Notes under the pieces: model-generated
What the model saw: only the letters and a program-made list of their open reading frames with translations
Database searches by the model: none
Told to the model about the DNA's origin: nothing
Origin: Hydrolagus affinis
Lineage: Eukaryota
DNA length: 64,000 nucleotides
Assembly: GCA_012026655.1 (NCBI GenBank)
Contig: JAAILG010000810.1
Span: forward strand, 1 to 64,000
Direction: 5' to 3'
Made by a program: the position numbers and the translations under genes
Part shown: piece by piece, positions 1-31,100 of the stretch
Layout: each line of letters opens with the position of its first letter
Numbering within the stretch: position 1 is the stretch's first letter

Positions 1-318
1 TGCTCCAAGCCCCCCGCCCGAACCGCCCCACCATTGGAGGCCGGGCCTTCAGTTTTTCTGCTCCGACCCTATGGAATTCCATCCCCCAATCCCTCCGTCT
101 CGTTTCTTCCCTTTCCTCTTTCAAGGCCGGTTTGAAGACTTTCCTCTTCGACCATGCCTTTTGTTCCACCCTGAATTTTTTGACCTCCCCTACGTGTTTC
201 ACCCCTTCCCGAACACTCCCCTCCCAGCTCGGGTCACACGCCTCCTGTACAGCGCCTTGGGACGTCCTCCCGACGTGAAAGGCGCTCTATAAGTGTAATT
301 TGTTGTTGTTGTTGTTGA
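1..318 (+). mobile_element. L2-clade LINE 3' end
   Basis: RT C-terminal GGRAFS..AP.LWNS motif, C-rich UTR, AGCGCCTTGGGACGTCC...AAAGGCGCT tail and (GTT)n. Confidence 0.85.
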
Positions 319-1654
319 CTTACAATGATGTCTTCTGTAGGATCTCTAATAAAGCATTTTTTTCCTACAATACGCTAATAATAATAATCCTTGCATTTCG
401 ATATAGTGCCTTATCACATCTTCGAGATGTCTCCCAAGCGTTTCACAGAATACAGTATACTGTAAATTCAATTGACTGTATATTTTGTGGGCAGAACCTA
501 ACAAATGTTTTTCCCACAATGGCATAATGACTTCATTAGACAGCAATTACCTGTTAAAGGCTCTGTGATGTTTCAAGCACTGTATCAAATACAATGATCA
601 TTATTATTACTCGATCTGAGTCGTAACAACAAAATTATATGTGTATAGCGCTTTTCACGTCAGGAGGACATCCCAAGGTGCTGGACAGTCACTGTTTCAG
701 ACCCGAGCTGGGGTCGGGGACGGAATAAATGTGGTGAAAGGGTGGATTTGGTGTGACCGATGGGACCGTCGAAGAGGAGGGTCTTGAGGCAGTATTTGAA
801 AGAGGCCATGGAGGGGACGAGGTGACCTGACACCTGCTCCCTGAACACAAATTATTTGCCAAACTTCTCACAAAACCACTGCCATTTATTCTGCTCCAAA
901 TTCCCCTGCCCACTCTAGTTTTTTTTCCCTTTTATTGGGGTATAATTTCATGTATAGTGACCATTATTATAATGGCAGTGAGTGTTGGTGAGGTATTTAA
1001 ATTTTAGCAATGGTTTTGTATATATAGAGGAACATGAGTAGACTATTCTGCCCCTTGAGCATGTTCCGCCATTCTATTAAATCATGGCTGATCTGTACCT
1101 CATCTTCCAATTTAAATGAAATCAATTTACACAGATGGTTAGTCTCTTTTAAATTCAAATTAAACAAAATTAAATTAATTTTCATTTTATATTTTTAATT
1201 ATTTAAATTTGTCTAATTTAATTTTAAATTAAGTCAATTTGCATAGATTAAATTGAAAAGATAGAATAAGCGAAGAGGGAAAAGTCCAGCATCAGAGGAA
1301 ACAATTCATAATTATATAAGATACTACAGTAGCAAGTAACTACAGGATACAGGGCAAAACTGATTCTGACAGATGAAGAGCAAAATTACACTTGTATAAT
1401 GCCTTTCACCTCAAGAGGAGCAGTAAATTTATGGACAGGCTCCCTAGGGAGACAGTGGAAGCAGAAAACATTGTTTGTGTCAAGAATAATTTCTACGAGA
1501 AGATATAATAATCCTTGCATTTGATATAGTGCTTTTCACATCTTCTAGATGTCTCAAAGCACTTCACTGTAACGTGAATTGACTGTATATTTGTGGGCAA
1601 AACACAGCAGCCAATTGCTCACAGCAGTGTCCCACAAACAGGGATTATTATCAA

Positions 1655-2010
1655 CAACAACGACAAAATGACATTTAAACCTTTCACTTTGGGAGGATGT
1701 CCTAAAATCCTGAACACTCAAGGACCTGAGCAAGTTGGAGGGACAGGAAGGGGGGAGGAGAGGTAGAGTGTTAGGAGGGGAGTGAGAGAGTTGGGAGGGC
1801 AACAGCAGGCACGATCAAAGAGGGGGGTCTTGAGACCGGCCTTAAAGGAGGCGAGGGAAGAAGTGAGGCGAAGGGACAGTGGGATGGAGTTCTAGAGCTT
1901 GGGGGCAGAGGTTGAAAGCCCGTCCACTGCTGGTTGGGCGGGGGACATGGAGCAGACTGGAGCCCATTGAACGGAGAGGGCGGACAGGTTCAAAGCGAGG
2001 CAGCAGATCG
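1655..2010 (-). mobile_element. L2 LINE 3' fragment
   Basis: Reverse complement of the same L2 3' end. Confidence 0.75.
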
Positions 2011-2244
2011 GAGAGATGTGTAGAGTAAAGAAACTTTCCCAAGGTTTTGCCCTGCCAGGAATCAAATCCAAGTCTCTCGCTTGTAAAGCGAGGGATCTAA
2101 CCAATGAGCTATGGGACTCTTACAACTAACAATCCCGTTTACTGCTGGTTTAGAGAATCGCGCTCGATAAGCGTATACCATCCACAGGTAGTGAGTTCAG
2201 GTAACTTAAAAACGGAATTATAATGTGGTTACTTTACTCTGCAG

Positions 2245-2378
2245 GCAGTCGATTAAGGAATATCTCCCTAAAACCGTAGCAACAAAGTTGGATGCACAAT
2301 CAATCCAGAATCAGATCGACCATCAACTCAACACAATGCAGAGCCTTACTGCCATCAAAGCCAAGATCCACTTCCTAA
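2245..2378 (+). CDS. MYO15B: MYO15B exon (FERM)
   Basis: ctctgcag|G CAG TCG ATT AAG ... TTC CTA A|gtaag; 134 nt. Confidence 0.85.
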
Positions 2379-5300
2379 GTAAGTGCTTCTGGAATGAAGA
2401 AGCAGGAAAAATGTTATTGCGTTGACATCGTTATGTGAGAATGTTACTCAGTGCAATGCTATGCACATTAACACATTGTTTCATTGAATCCTCTACCAAT
2501 CGGGTAACACTCACCAATATCTTCAAATCTCTTGACAATGTTGTGTTTACTATTGTCTCCAATTCCTCTACAGTACAGCATAACATCAGGTCTGAATCTC
2601 TTGAGAAAGCCCATTTGGCTTTTCCTCTGGTTCTTTCAGTCATGAAAGAGCTACGATTTGTTAACCCCTTGCTAGGTGTAACAAATAATAGCTCTTTCAT
2701 CTTCTGCTTTCTGGAATATTGGTTTGTATTAGCTTCAATTTAAACTATTTGTTGGATACACAGCTTATTTTGTGTAACAGAATCTTATGTGAATTATGTT
2801 TGAATATTAACACTTAAGAGGAGAAAATCCTGTATACTCTACAATTACTCAATGTTATAGCCTTTCAGAATTTGATGAATGCTTATATACTGCCTTTATT
2901 TTGAAGCTAATTTTCTGTTATCCATCCTCAACCAAATTCACCCAATTAAAAAATAATAATAATAATTTGGCTATGATTTTGTTGTTTGTTGGAAGTTCTG
3001 CGAGCATAATGGCTACAAATTTCAGCGCCTTGGGACATCCTCCTGAAGTGAAAGGCACAATGCAAATGTAATTGTTGTTGTTGCAAACAGAATTACTCAG
3101 TCACTTAAAACTATTTACACTCAAGAATTTGAAAGATGTCTTAAAGTGTTAAATAAGGTGCTATGCAAAACAAAATGTAAGTTATTCCTTACTTACCAAT
3201 GCTAACCGTGGTTTATTTGTGTGGTAAGGGTATAGTTAGATAGAAGTTTAATTATCTTTACGTCATGTCTGTTTGTATTGTTTGGGAAAACACTAGAAAG
3301 ATTGACTGACTCAGCTGTTGTATGTCATGGTATTACAGTTTGTGTACAATGTCTGTAATGTGTCTTGAGCCTCTCACTGCCATTGTTTGGCTCAGTAAGA
3401 TGATCCAATAAAGTTTAATTGTGTAAATTAATTTCACGTTTCACCCATAAAATATACAGTCAATAGTCAGTATATACTATGAAGCACTTTGAGATGTCCC
3501 AACGATATGATGAGGCACTAAACCAAACACAAGGATGATTACTATGAATTTGACACTGAATTTAATGCACTGTGAATCAACTATACGGTCAGCAACACGG
3601 ATAAACATTGATGGTCTCAATACATTTATGAATTAAATGCTAACAAAATGCAAAATACTGCAGATGCTGGAAATCTGCAACCAAAACAGAAGTATCTGGG
3701 AACACTCAGCAGGTCAGGCAGCATTTATGCATCACTTTCCTTTCTCCATAGATGCTGCCTAAATTAAATGCTGCAGTTCTGTATTTGCATCTGTATAGTA
3801 TTTTCATTTCCCTGAGGTTTTTCATACATTTTCCTTGTTGCAGCCTCAGTGAACGAGCATGTGACCTGCTCTTAGGACTCTGACAATGGTGTTCTGTAAA
3901 TTACTTCTCAAGGATGCCCAGGAGACTGATATGAATGACTATTGTTTTCTCTCCTGGGTGGAAAGCACTTGGCGTCCACCCAATACATTCTATCAGACTG
4001 GGAATCCATCATGTCAATCATCTCAATCACCAAATGGCAAGTCTCCTTGCTCTTGGAATGGAACCTTAGAAGTGCTGAAATGCCAAGTCAAAGATAGTAT
4101 GAGAGCCGATTGACAATGAATCTAAAATCTATGGGTTACAGCTAATAATAGTTTTTCATTGTCTGGCAGTCCTTGTAGAATCATGGGCTAAGAGGTAGAA
4201 TGATCTACTTAAATTGGGTTTGTGGGATATACCAGGACTGAATGACAGGAGGACATATCTTAAATGATCAGGCCTACAGTATTTCCTATTCAATTATAAG
4301 CTAAATTATATACGATACAAAATTACATTTATATAGTGCCTTTCGTGTCCCCAAGGCACTGGACAGTCAAAGATTTGGACTCATGCAAGGTGGAGATTGG
4401 GATTAGGGAGTGTGGGAAATGTGATTAGGGAGGGTGGTCAAAGTGGAGGACCTTGAGATTAAATTTAATTTACAGCCTCGCAGATCGGGTAGACTAGGCA
4501 GAACACAATGGCTGAGTCAGTGCAGATGGTGCCTAAAGGATGCAGTGTAAGGGGACAGTGTCTTGGACTCCACACAACATTCGGAGTAGTGTCCTGGATA
4601 GGCATTAAGACTTACCTTTTCCTTTTCACCCACTCAGCCGCAGTGAGCAGCATCAGCCTGTTTGGTTACAATATTTTCTCAGTGAAGAAGACCAGTAACC
4701 CTGAATTTTCAGCACCCTGCATTGTGGCCATCAGTGACCAATATCTAATGGTCATAAACAAGGATTCCAAGGTACAGTAACATTAACATAACCAACATCT
4801 CGGCCATCTGTCTCTCTATTAAAGCCTTTCCTATACATCAGGGCGATGATGAGGAGCGGGGTGGGGGTGGGGAATAAGATACCAATGACATAACATATAC
4901 TGCAGTAGCGCTGGCTGTGATCACAAGCAGCGGAAAGGCAGTCACGACACACATGACGACAGATTATGGCCATATTCCAGTACTGCCTATTATAGAGTGA
5001 ATCCAAAGTTGTTTTTATTGATGTTGTTGGTAGTGCGAAACACATTTACACAGATCTGCACAATGTTTTACAGGACCAGATCATCACAATCCCACTGAAA
5101 GAAATCATGACAATGCGTACCTTACGCCCATCAGATTCGTCAAAATTGCCTGGGGTGGAAATTAATTATAGCGTTTCCCGGACACTTTCCTTTGAACTAA
5201 GAAAGGTAGGAACTGGGTTTGTAGCAAAAATAACTCATGTTACGGGAAACATGTACTAACTTGAGATTTTTCTGTATTAATAATATTCTGAGAGTTTTAG

Positions 5301-5913
5301 GGAGTGGGCGTAAGATGGATTGATATGTTGCTTTATTAAATTAACTAAGAACTTAACTCAATCACTGCGGTTTTAGGGAACTGCAGTCAACACAGTGAAG
5401 TTAAGCTGGGCAAGAACATCCACTGTTCATAGTCTTTAATTATCAACGTCAAGTCACTTACTAGTTGACTAAAGCAGTCAGTGGTTTTAAAGAATGTTTG
5501 CCAATTCCCCCCCACCGTCTCCCCCCCCGCCCACCAATATCCGAGCTGACCAGTCCAGACTGGTCCTGAGCTCAATCCACAGTGCTTTGCTTAGTTTGAA
5601 TATCTCAATAAGAACAAGGACAGAGTACAACAATTGATTGTAGCATTTCTGGACTCTTAAGCCAATGTCCAATTGGAAAATCTACTTGCCATCAAAGACA
5701 AAATTGGGTTCGGTTGTGATAAGAGGCAGCACTTGTGGAAGTGTATCCCAGCGTGCACCAGCACATTGGCAATGCAGAGGGAGAAACTGGGAGAAAAGAC
5801 AATTCTGTCCTCGATGTGACCAGTATCATTTTACTTTCTTCATTCAGGCCCGAGAGATGTGTCACACAATTGGGATGATCCTGGACATGAATACATCTCA
5901 CCCAACCATGTGA
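2245..5913 (+). CDS. MYO15B: Unconventional myosin XVB, last four coding exons (C-terminal FERM region); 5' part lies outside the window
   Basis: GT-AG exons 2245-2378, 4638-4771, 5074-5205 and 5848-5913 join in frame (QSIKEYLPK...AKIHFL / AVSSISLFGYNIF...APCIVAI / DQIITIPLKEI...LPGVEINYS...FELRK / AREMCHTIGMILDMNTSHPTM*). This resembles the class XV myosin tail. Position convergent with RECQL5 matches MYO15B synteny. Confidence 0.85.
3642..3761 (-). mobile_element. Short Penelope-terminus insertion with partial inversion
   Basis: TSD AATTAAATGCT at 3631-3641 and 3762-3772; inverted AGGCAGCAT / ATGCTGCCT arms. Confidence 0.7.
4638..4771 (+). CDS. MYO15B: MYO15B exon (FERM)
   Basis: cactcag|CC GCA GTG ... 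TCC AAG|gtacag; encodes LFGYNIF...PCIVAI. Confidence 0.85.
5074..5205 (+). CDS. MYO15B: MYO15B penultimate exon
   Basis: ttttacag|GAC CAG ATC ... AGA AAG|gtagg; 44 codons, no stop. Confidence 0.85.
5848..5913 (+). CDS. MYO15B: MYO15B terminal coding exon
   Basis: cattcag|GCC CGA GAG ATG ... ATG TGA; AATAAA at 6120-6125. Confidence 0.8.
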   Translation, partial: AREMCHTIGMILDMNTSHPTM

Positions 5914-6119
5914 TCACATTCGACACACAGCTCGAAAAAGTGGGGCGTCTCAAAACGTGTCTGTTGCTGAACCGATTGATCCTTGCTTTGCTCAAATCAA
6001 CATGCGATCATGTAGTTACACTGTCCAGTACTGCACGAGTCTGGTTTGATATTAATCTATATATAAGTTTCTAAAATGTAAGCCAGACTCAAGTATTTTT
6101 TTTAAAAAAGTTTATTGCT

Positions 6120-6125
6120 AATAAA
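6120..6125 (+). terminator. Candidate polyadenylation signal of MYO15B
   Basis: First AATAAA about 200 nt after the stop codon. Confidence 0.55.
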
Positions 6126-7574
6126 TGTGTTTGAGAGACATTAGTTATTAAAAGTTTTCAATGAATTTTAGCAGTATCAAACAAAACCCAAGACATTGTT
6201 CCAACTAATGTTACCTGCATCTTCTCAGCTTCATTCAGTGACTTTAATCAATGGTAAGACGTGTGAGATAGTTGAAGAGGCTCTCATTTGTGAACAAGAT
6301 CAGGCGTCTACATCATTGGTGGGCAGGCCTTCAGCCTCTGGAACTCCATGTCATAATCCTTCTGCCTCACCCTTTTCCTTGCCCCCTTTGAGACCAGTCT
6401 CAGGAATCTCTTTGACCGTGCCTCCCCATCTTCCACCCCGCCTAATCCCAACCACCTGCTTGGGTGCTGATGCCTGTATGTCCAGCCCCTCCTGAAGTGA
6501 ATGGCACTATACAAATGTAATTTGTTGTCGTATTGAGAATCAACTGGAATATTGAGCTGTGAACAACGGCTGTGACAAACTCCACTGTAAAATAAACCAA
6601 TAGCTATTAATAAAAGTAGCAGCTGAAGCTGAACACATTGTGGTCTTGCATTTGATTGCTAGAAGTTGATACACAGTCACCATCTATTTTGGAACAGGTT
6701 CATGGTCAAATGTGACTTTCAGATCCCATTTTGCCGGTAATTATGATGAACGGTTCACAGTAAATGGAGAGGGTGCAGGTCTCACCATAATTTCCATCTC
6801 TGGTTCTGGGAACACCCCTTCAGTTTCACCTACCAGCTTTGCCTAAATTACTTTCTTGATTTGGACAAAAAAAGTTTCCTAAAATTTATTAATAGGGCTA
6901 ATCATGGTTAAGGGTGGAGGGCAGGCTTGAGGAAAAGATTAGTGGAACATAGCAGGTCAGGCTGGTGAATTGTGTAGCATTGGCTGATTCAATTCCAGCA
7001 TCGTCCCCAGCTCACTGGGTTCCCCGATGTGTGTGTGAGCGTAGAGCACGCACGAGTGTGTGTGTCCTCCCTGGGAATGTTTTACACCAATCTTCAATAT
7101 CCAGTTTGGCCTTTATAGAGTTTGGAACATTGTACATCCTTATTTTCTAATGTACCAGATGAGTGTAAAGTTCTTCAGTGACAGCAGGGTTACCAGGACA
7201 AGCCGGTGGTGTAATCCTATTCCAGATGTATGGCTCATAATTCCCTCACATTTAAAGCATGAACCAGTGATTTCATCAGATTTCGAAACAACTATTTCAA
7301 GAGAAAATGAAAGATTAGTCGCAGATTCCAGTTGGTCATAGGCTGGCTGCAAATTTTCTTTACATGCTTCCTTACAAATGCTGATGAAATTGCAATGATT
7401 ATTGGCAGGAAGTACTTACCCACACTCGCCAACAATATTGGGAAACGTAAAACAGATGCCAAGACCTTAAGTCAACGCACAAACTTCTGAGAAGGCAAAT
7501 AGGCTTTAGTCCAGCAGCCTTGGAAAGGTCTTACCAAAGAGCAGAAGGCATTGTGACTGGACAATAGTTATAGC

Positions 7575-8127
7575 ACAGAGCTTGGTCTTCCAAAATTCCT
7601 TGGATTCTGGAACGGTTCCCATTGATTGGAAGGTTGCAAACGTAACCTCACTATTTAAGAAGGATAGGAGAGAAAAAATGGGGAACTGGAGAACATTTAG
7701 TCTGACATCAGTGGTAGGGAAAATTCTCAATCTAAAATCAAGGACATTGTTGTGGGGTACATAGAAAATCATAGCACGATTACGTAGTCAACACGGCTTT
7801 AAGAAAAGGGAAATCATATTTAACAAATCTGGTTGGAGAATCTAAAACTAGGGGTCACAGTCTCAAGCCTTTTCGAACAGAATTGAAACACTTCTTCACT
7901 CAGAGGGTAGTGAATTCTCTACCCCAGAAGGCTGTAAATGCTCAAGCCTTCAACATATTCAAGACTGAGATTGATAGATTTCTAAAGGATAGAGGGATTA
8001 AAGGATATGGGAATAAAACGGGTAAATGGATTTAGGTTAGAAGATCAGCCACGATCTTACTAAATGGCGGGGCAGGCTCAAGGGGCTGAACGGCCTACTC
8101 CTGTTCCTCTTTCTTATGTTCTTATGA
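7575..8127 (+). mobile_element. CR1-clade LINE fragment with 3' tail
   Basis: FQNSLDSGTVPIDWKVANVT.LFKK...SLTSVVGK; 3' end GGCTGAACGGCCTACTCCTG and TTCTTATG repeats. Confidence 0.85.
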
Positions 8128-8229
8128 GCCAGGAAAGGGTCACAGTCTCTTGAAGTCTCCTAATCATCCCAAAGAACGCCTTACTCAAGATAATAGCATC
8201 TTATCCAACCAAGCTGTTCAAAAATAAAC

Positions 8230-8235
8230 TTTATT
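8230..8235 (-). terminator. Candidate polyadenylation signal of RECQL5
   Basis: AATAAA on the minus strand about 300 nt past the stop. Confidence 0.5.
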
Positions 8236-8530
8236 TTGGTACAGATTAGCAGCCTCATTACCAAATAATAGGAATAACAATAAGAATAATAACATTGGAC
8301 CTACAAGGACGTACGTCCACTAATACATTGGAGGAGAGCCCTCCGAAGAGAATATGTGGAGAGCAGTTAAAGAGCAATTAAATGGCTTTAGCTGGACTGC
8401 ACAGATCAACCTTGATCCCGACTGTCAGTACCTGAGAATAAGCAGTTTCAAATGAAGGCATTAATTTAACATTCAGACCGTTAACACAAAATACAATTAA
8501 TGAGCTTCCAAACAGCTCCGTGCCTGTTGG

Positions 8531-27944
<19,414 letters not shown>

Positions 27945-28098
27945 ACCGCCGGCCGGGAGGGAGGGAGGGAGGGGCCGCCGCCGCTCCGGGGGCCGGGGCT
28001 TCGGCCTCTCTCACCGGGGAAATGTGGCGCGTTCGTGGCGTCACCCAGCGCATGCGTGCTCGATGCCTCTGACGCCATCGACGTGCGACGGTGGGAAG

Positions 28099-28177
28099 AT
28101 GGCGGCGAAGCGGAACGTCCTGTCCTCGCTCGCCGCGTATGCGGGCGATTCGGAGCCCGATTCGGACGTCGAGCCAG
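28099..28177 (+). CDS. SAP30BP: SAP30BP exon 1
   Basis: [26 protein letters not shown]; donor after 28177 or 28189. Confidence 0.9.
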
Positions 28178-31100
28178 GTAGGGACCGGGGTGAGTGGGGG
28201 GGGGGGGGGTGAGGTGCGGTGTGTTAGGTCGGGTGAGGTGCGGCGGGCGGAAAGAATGACCTCGCGGCTTTTCGGGCCCTACACTCGGCTCCCCGGGGGC
28301 GCCGGGCGAGGCTGTGCTGAGGCGAGGCGAGGCGAGGCTGTGCTGAGGCGAGGCTGTGCTGAGGCGAGGCTGTGCTGAGGCGAGGCTGTGCTGAGGCTCT
28401 GCTGGAAGTTTCGAGTTTGACCGGTTGTGCGTCCGGTTGATTTCTGTTGTAAAATGAAGTTCAATACAGATACAACAACTACAAGGGACAGCGAGTAACA
28501 GGAGGAAGACGGTTGTGGTGCCATGTGCAATCTCAACAGTTGGGGCCCATAAAGGAAAAATGACAGAGTATCTCACTTAGAAATTACTTTTTGCAGAGAT
28601 GAGAAGAAGAAGAATCCCTCTAAAACAATAATAATTTAGTCACTTCAATCTGCGACTCTTTTTGGGACGCTGCTGTGCGCAATTGGCTGCCATGTTTCGC
28701 CCACAAATGTGCAGTTAATTTACAGTATATTCTGTGAAGCGCTTTGAGACGTCTAGAAAAGCGCTACATCAAATGGAAGGATTATTATTATTATTCTGAG
28801 ATCAGATAAGCTTCTTGCACGGCCTAGATAAGTCTGGAGAGCAGTGAGTAGTTCTGTTTTTTGCAGAAGAGAAAGGGGGGCTGGTGTCAGCCGGATATGG
28901 AGAGGATGATATCAGCCGGCTGGAGGAGACGGACGAGGTGGACGAAGACGAGGATGACGACAGCAGCAGCCAACTGGTAAGTGACATGGAATGGTGTGTC
29001 ATAAAGCTGGAAACTGAGCATGTGCATTGTTAACTTTAGACAGTGGGAAACTAAGTCTCACGCCGTCTGCCATTTGTTGGAGAGAGTGGTTCTGATTTGC
29101 AGAATGCAGCAGTCAGGCCATCAACATAAAGTAACCTTATAAAAACTCTTGTCTTATAGGAAGGTGAAGATTCAGAAACTGAGCTGCTGGAAATGGATGG
29201 TGTAAAGGTAACTATTCAAATCTAACACTGTATGATAACGACAGCAAAAAGTTACACTTGTATAACGCCCTTCACATTGAAAAGACATCCCAGACAAAGA
29301 CATTTTTTTGCTGGAAATGAAACCCCAAGGACAAACACGGAACCAATGAGCCATACAAACAGTCCTGAAAGTGCATAATACACACATATTGCACACAAAG
29401 TGGGCAGTTACAATCAATTTTCTTACATCCCTTCCTGTTCTTTTTACAGCTGTAGTGGAAAAGAATGGGAAGCAGTGCATTGTAAAAACATTTTTTAAAT
29501 GTACTCTTTCTGTTCCTAAAGCAGGCGAGTAGATCTTGAGAGAGAATTTTGACCGTCATCTGAGGCAGTACTTCATCACACATTACAACACTGTCCTTAT
29601 AACTTCATTCCAAATGAGTTCAGTATTTGATCTTTTATGCATCTTATGTGTAACATGTAAAGCATATAGTGGAACCATAGGAAAGATCAAACAGGAAGCA
29701 AGTAATTTGTCTTTCTAATAATCCTTGCATTTTCTTGCACTAATCATCAGCAAAATGTGTTTTCCTGTAGATTGGACATGTATATGAGTTGTTTTATTTA
29801 GTCTCTTACATCAAATCCCTGCATTTAACAAGAATGCCAGAATTGTTCAGCTGTTTATTGAGAATCTGGGCAATATTTCAGACTTTTGAACTTCCTGCAA
29901 AGATTGACTCATTCTCTTGAGATTTATTTGTGTTTTGCAAACATTTGGTGTTCCTTCTTAGGCATTGCTAAAGGGACTGGGGTTTAGAAGCTGTGCCAAT
30001 CTTTAGAAAATCCATAATTTTTCAAACCAAGTATTATCTTCAGGTGCTCCAGATATTGAATTACTGTCTTTCTGAGGCTACACTTTTTACATAGATCATT
30101 AACTGCACAAATATACTTAGAACTGTGAGAAAGGTTTATTTAGACAATCACTGAGAGCACACAATCCTAGCATGCAGACACTGGTCAGTTACATGTACTG
30201 TTGACGAACCAGGCTGACTGGTCCATCATCAACAATGTCCTGCAATAGTGTTGACCTGTCTTACTACGGTCAGACTGCCAAGGCTAGAACCAAGGATCGA
30301 TTTGATTCTGATATTCCATTGCCAGATGTATCACCTTGAAGTTAGCTCAATCCCAAAGAGCATGATTTCCTTCCCCACCTCCCCCCAGAGGATTTTTAGA
30401 CATTAATTGGCCATTAAACATCTGACTAGTGCAGATTTGAAATTTACTTTACTCAGAACTACAGTAATTAATATTTGGAATAATTAGCAATGGAAGAGAC
30501 AAAAACAGTTCAAAGCCTATTTACTTGCCACACTGGGAGTTACTGTACTCAAAGGAGTGAAATTGAGTGGGTGGAGTGATCTTTTTGAGCCTAGCTTTTC
30601 TTATATTTTGTTAAATGGGAAAATCATGAGCAGTGAAAAGAAGAATGTTGTATAGTTACAGGTCTCCCCTGATTTACGACAGGGTTGCATTCCTGAAAAA
30701 TGTCACTCAAATTGAAACATCGTAAATCAAAACGCAGTTTCCCACGCGGTCCCACGAAATACACTATGTACTGCGCATGCGCAAAACAGATGCACCAATT
30801 TTTTTTGTTGTTAAAATGAAACCAAATGTTTTATATCGATAAAAAGTTGTTAAGAAATTATGTTTGTTAAATCAAAACAGTGTAAATAGAAATGTTGTAA
30901 ATCGGGGAATAGATGTATGCAGAAAGAGGTAATGGCACATAAATACTTGCAGTGAATGCAGAAACCCTGACTAGCAACTGCGCTAATTTATGCCTGGTTG
31001 GGATTTTATGGACTTAATTACCGTGTTGAACTCCTGATGCCAGTGGACTCTATTTCAGCAGTTTGTTCCAATAGGTGGCAGTGTTCACTGCACCTTTAGA

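Noticed and set aside
1140-1255. AT-rich quasi-palindromic tract (also 37215-37258)
   Set aside because: Low-complexity sequence or SINE-tail expansion; no further structure.
2154-2200. Additional MYO15B exon
   Set aside because: The only phase-compatible donor leaves a 44-nt intron and the other frame has a stop; the preceding exon is probably outside the window.
2431-2743. 89-102 aa ORFs in a MYO15B intron
   Set aside because: Not needed for the in-frame MYO15B splice path and no recognisable motif; possibly a decayed transposon fragment.
28305-28397. CRISPR-like array
   Set aside because: Head-to-tail repeats without unique spacers in vertebrate DNA; a minisatellite.
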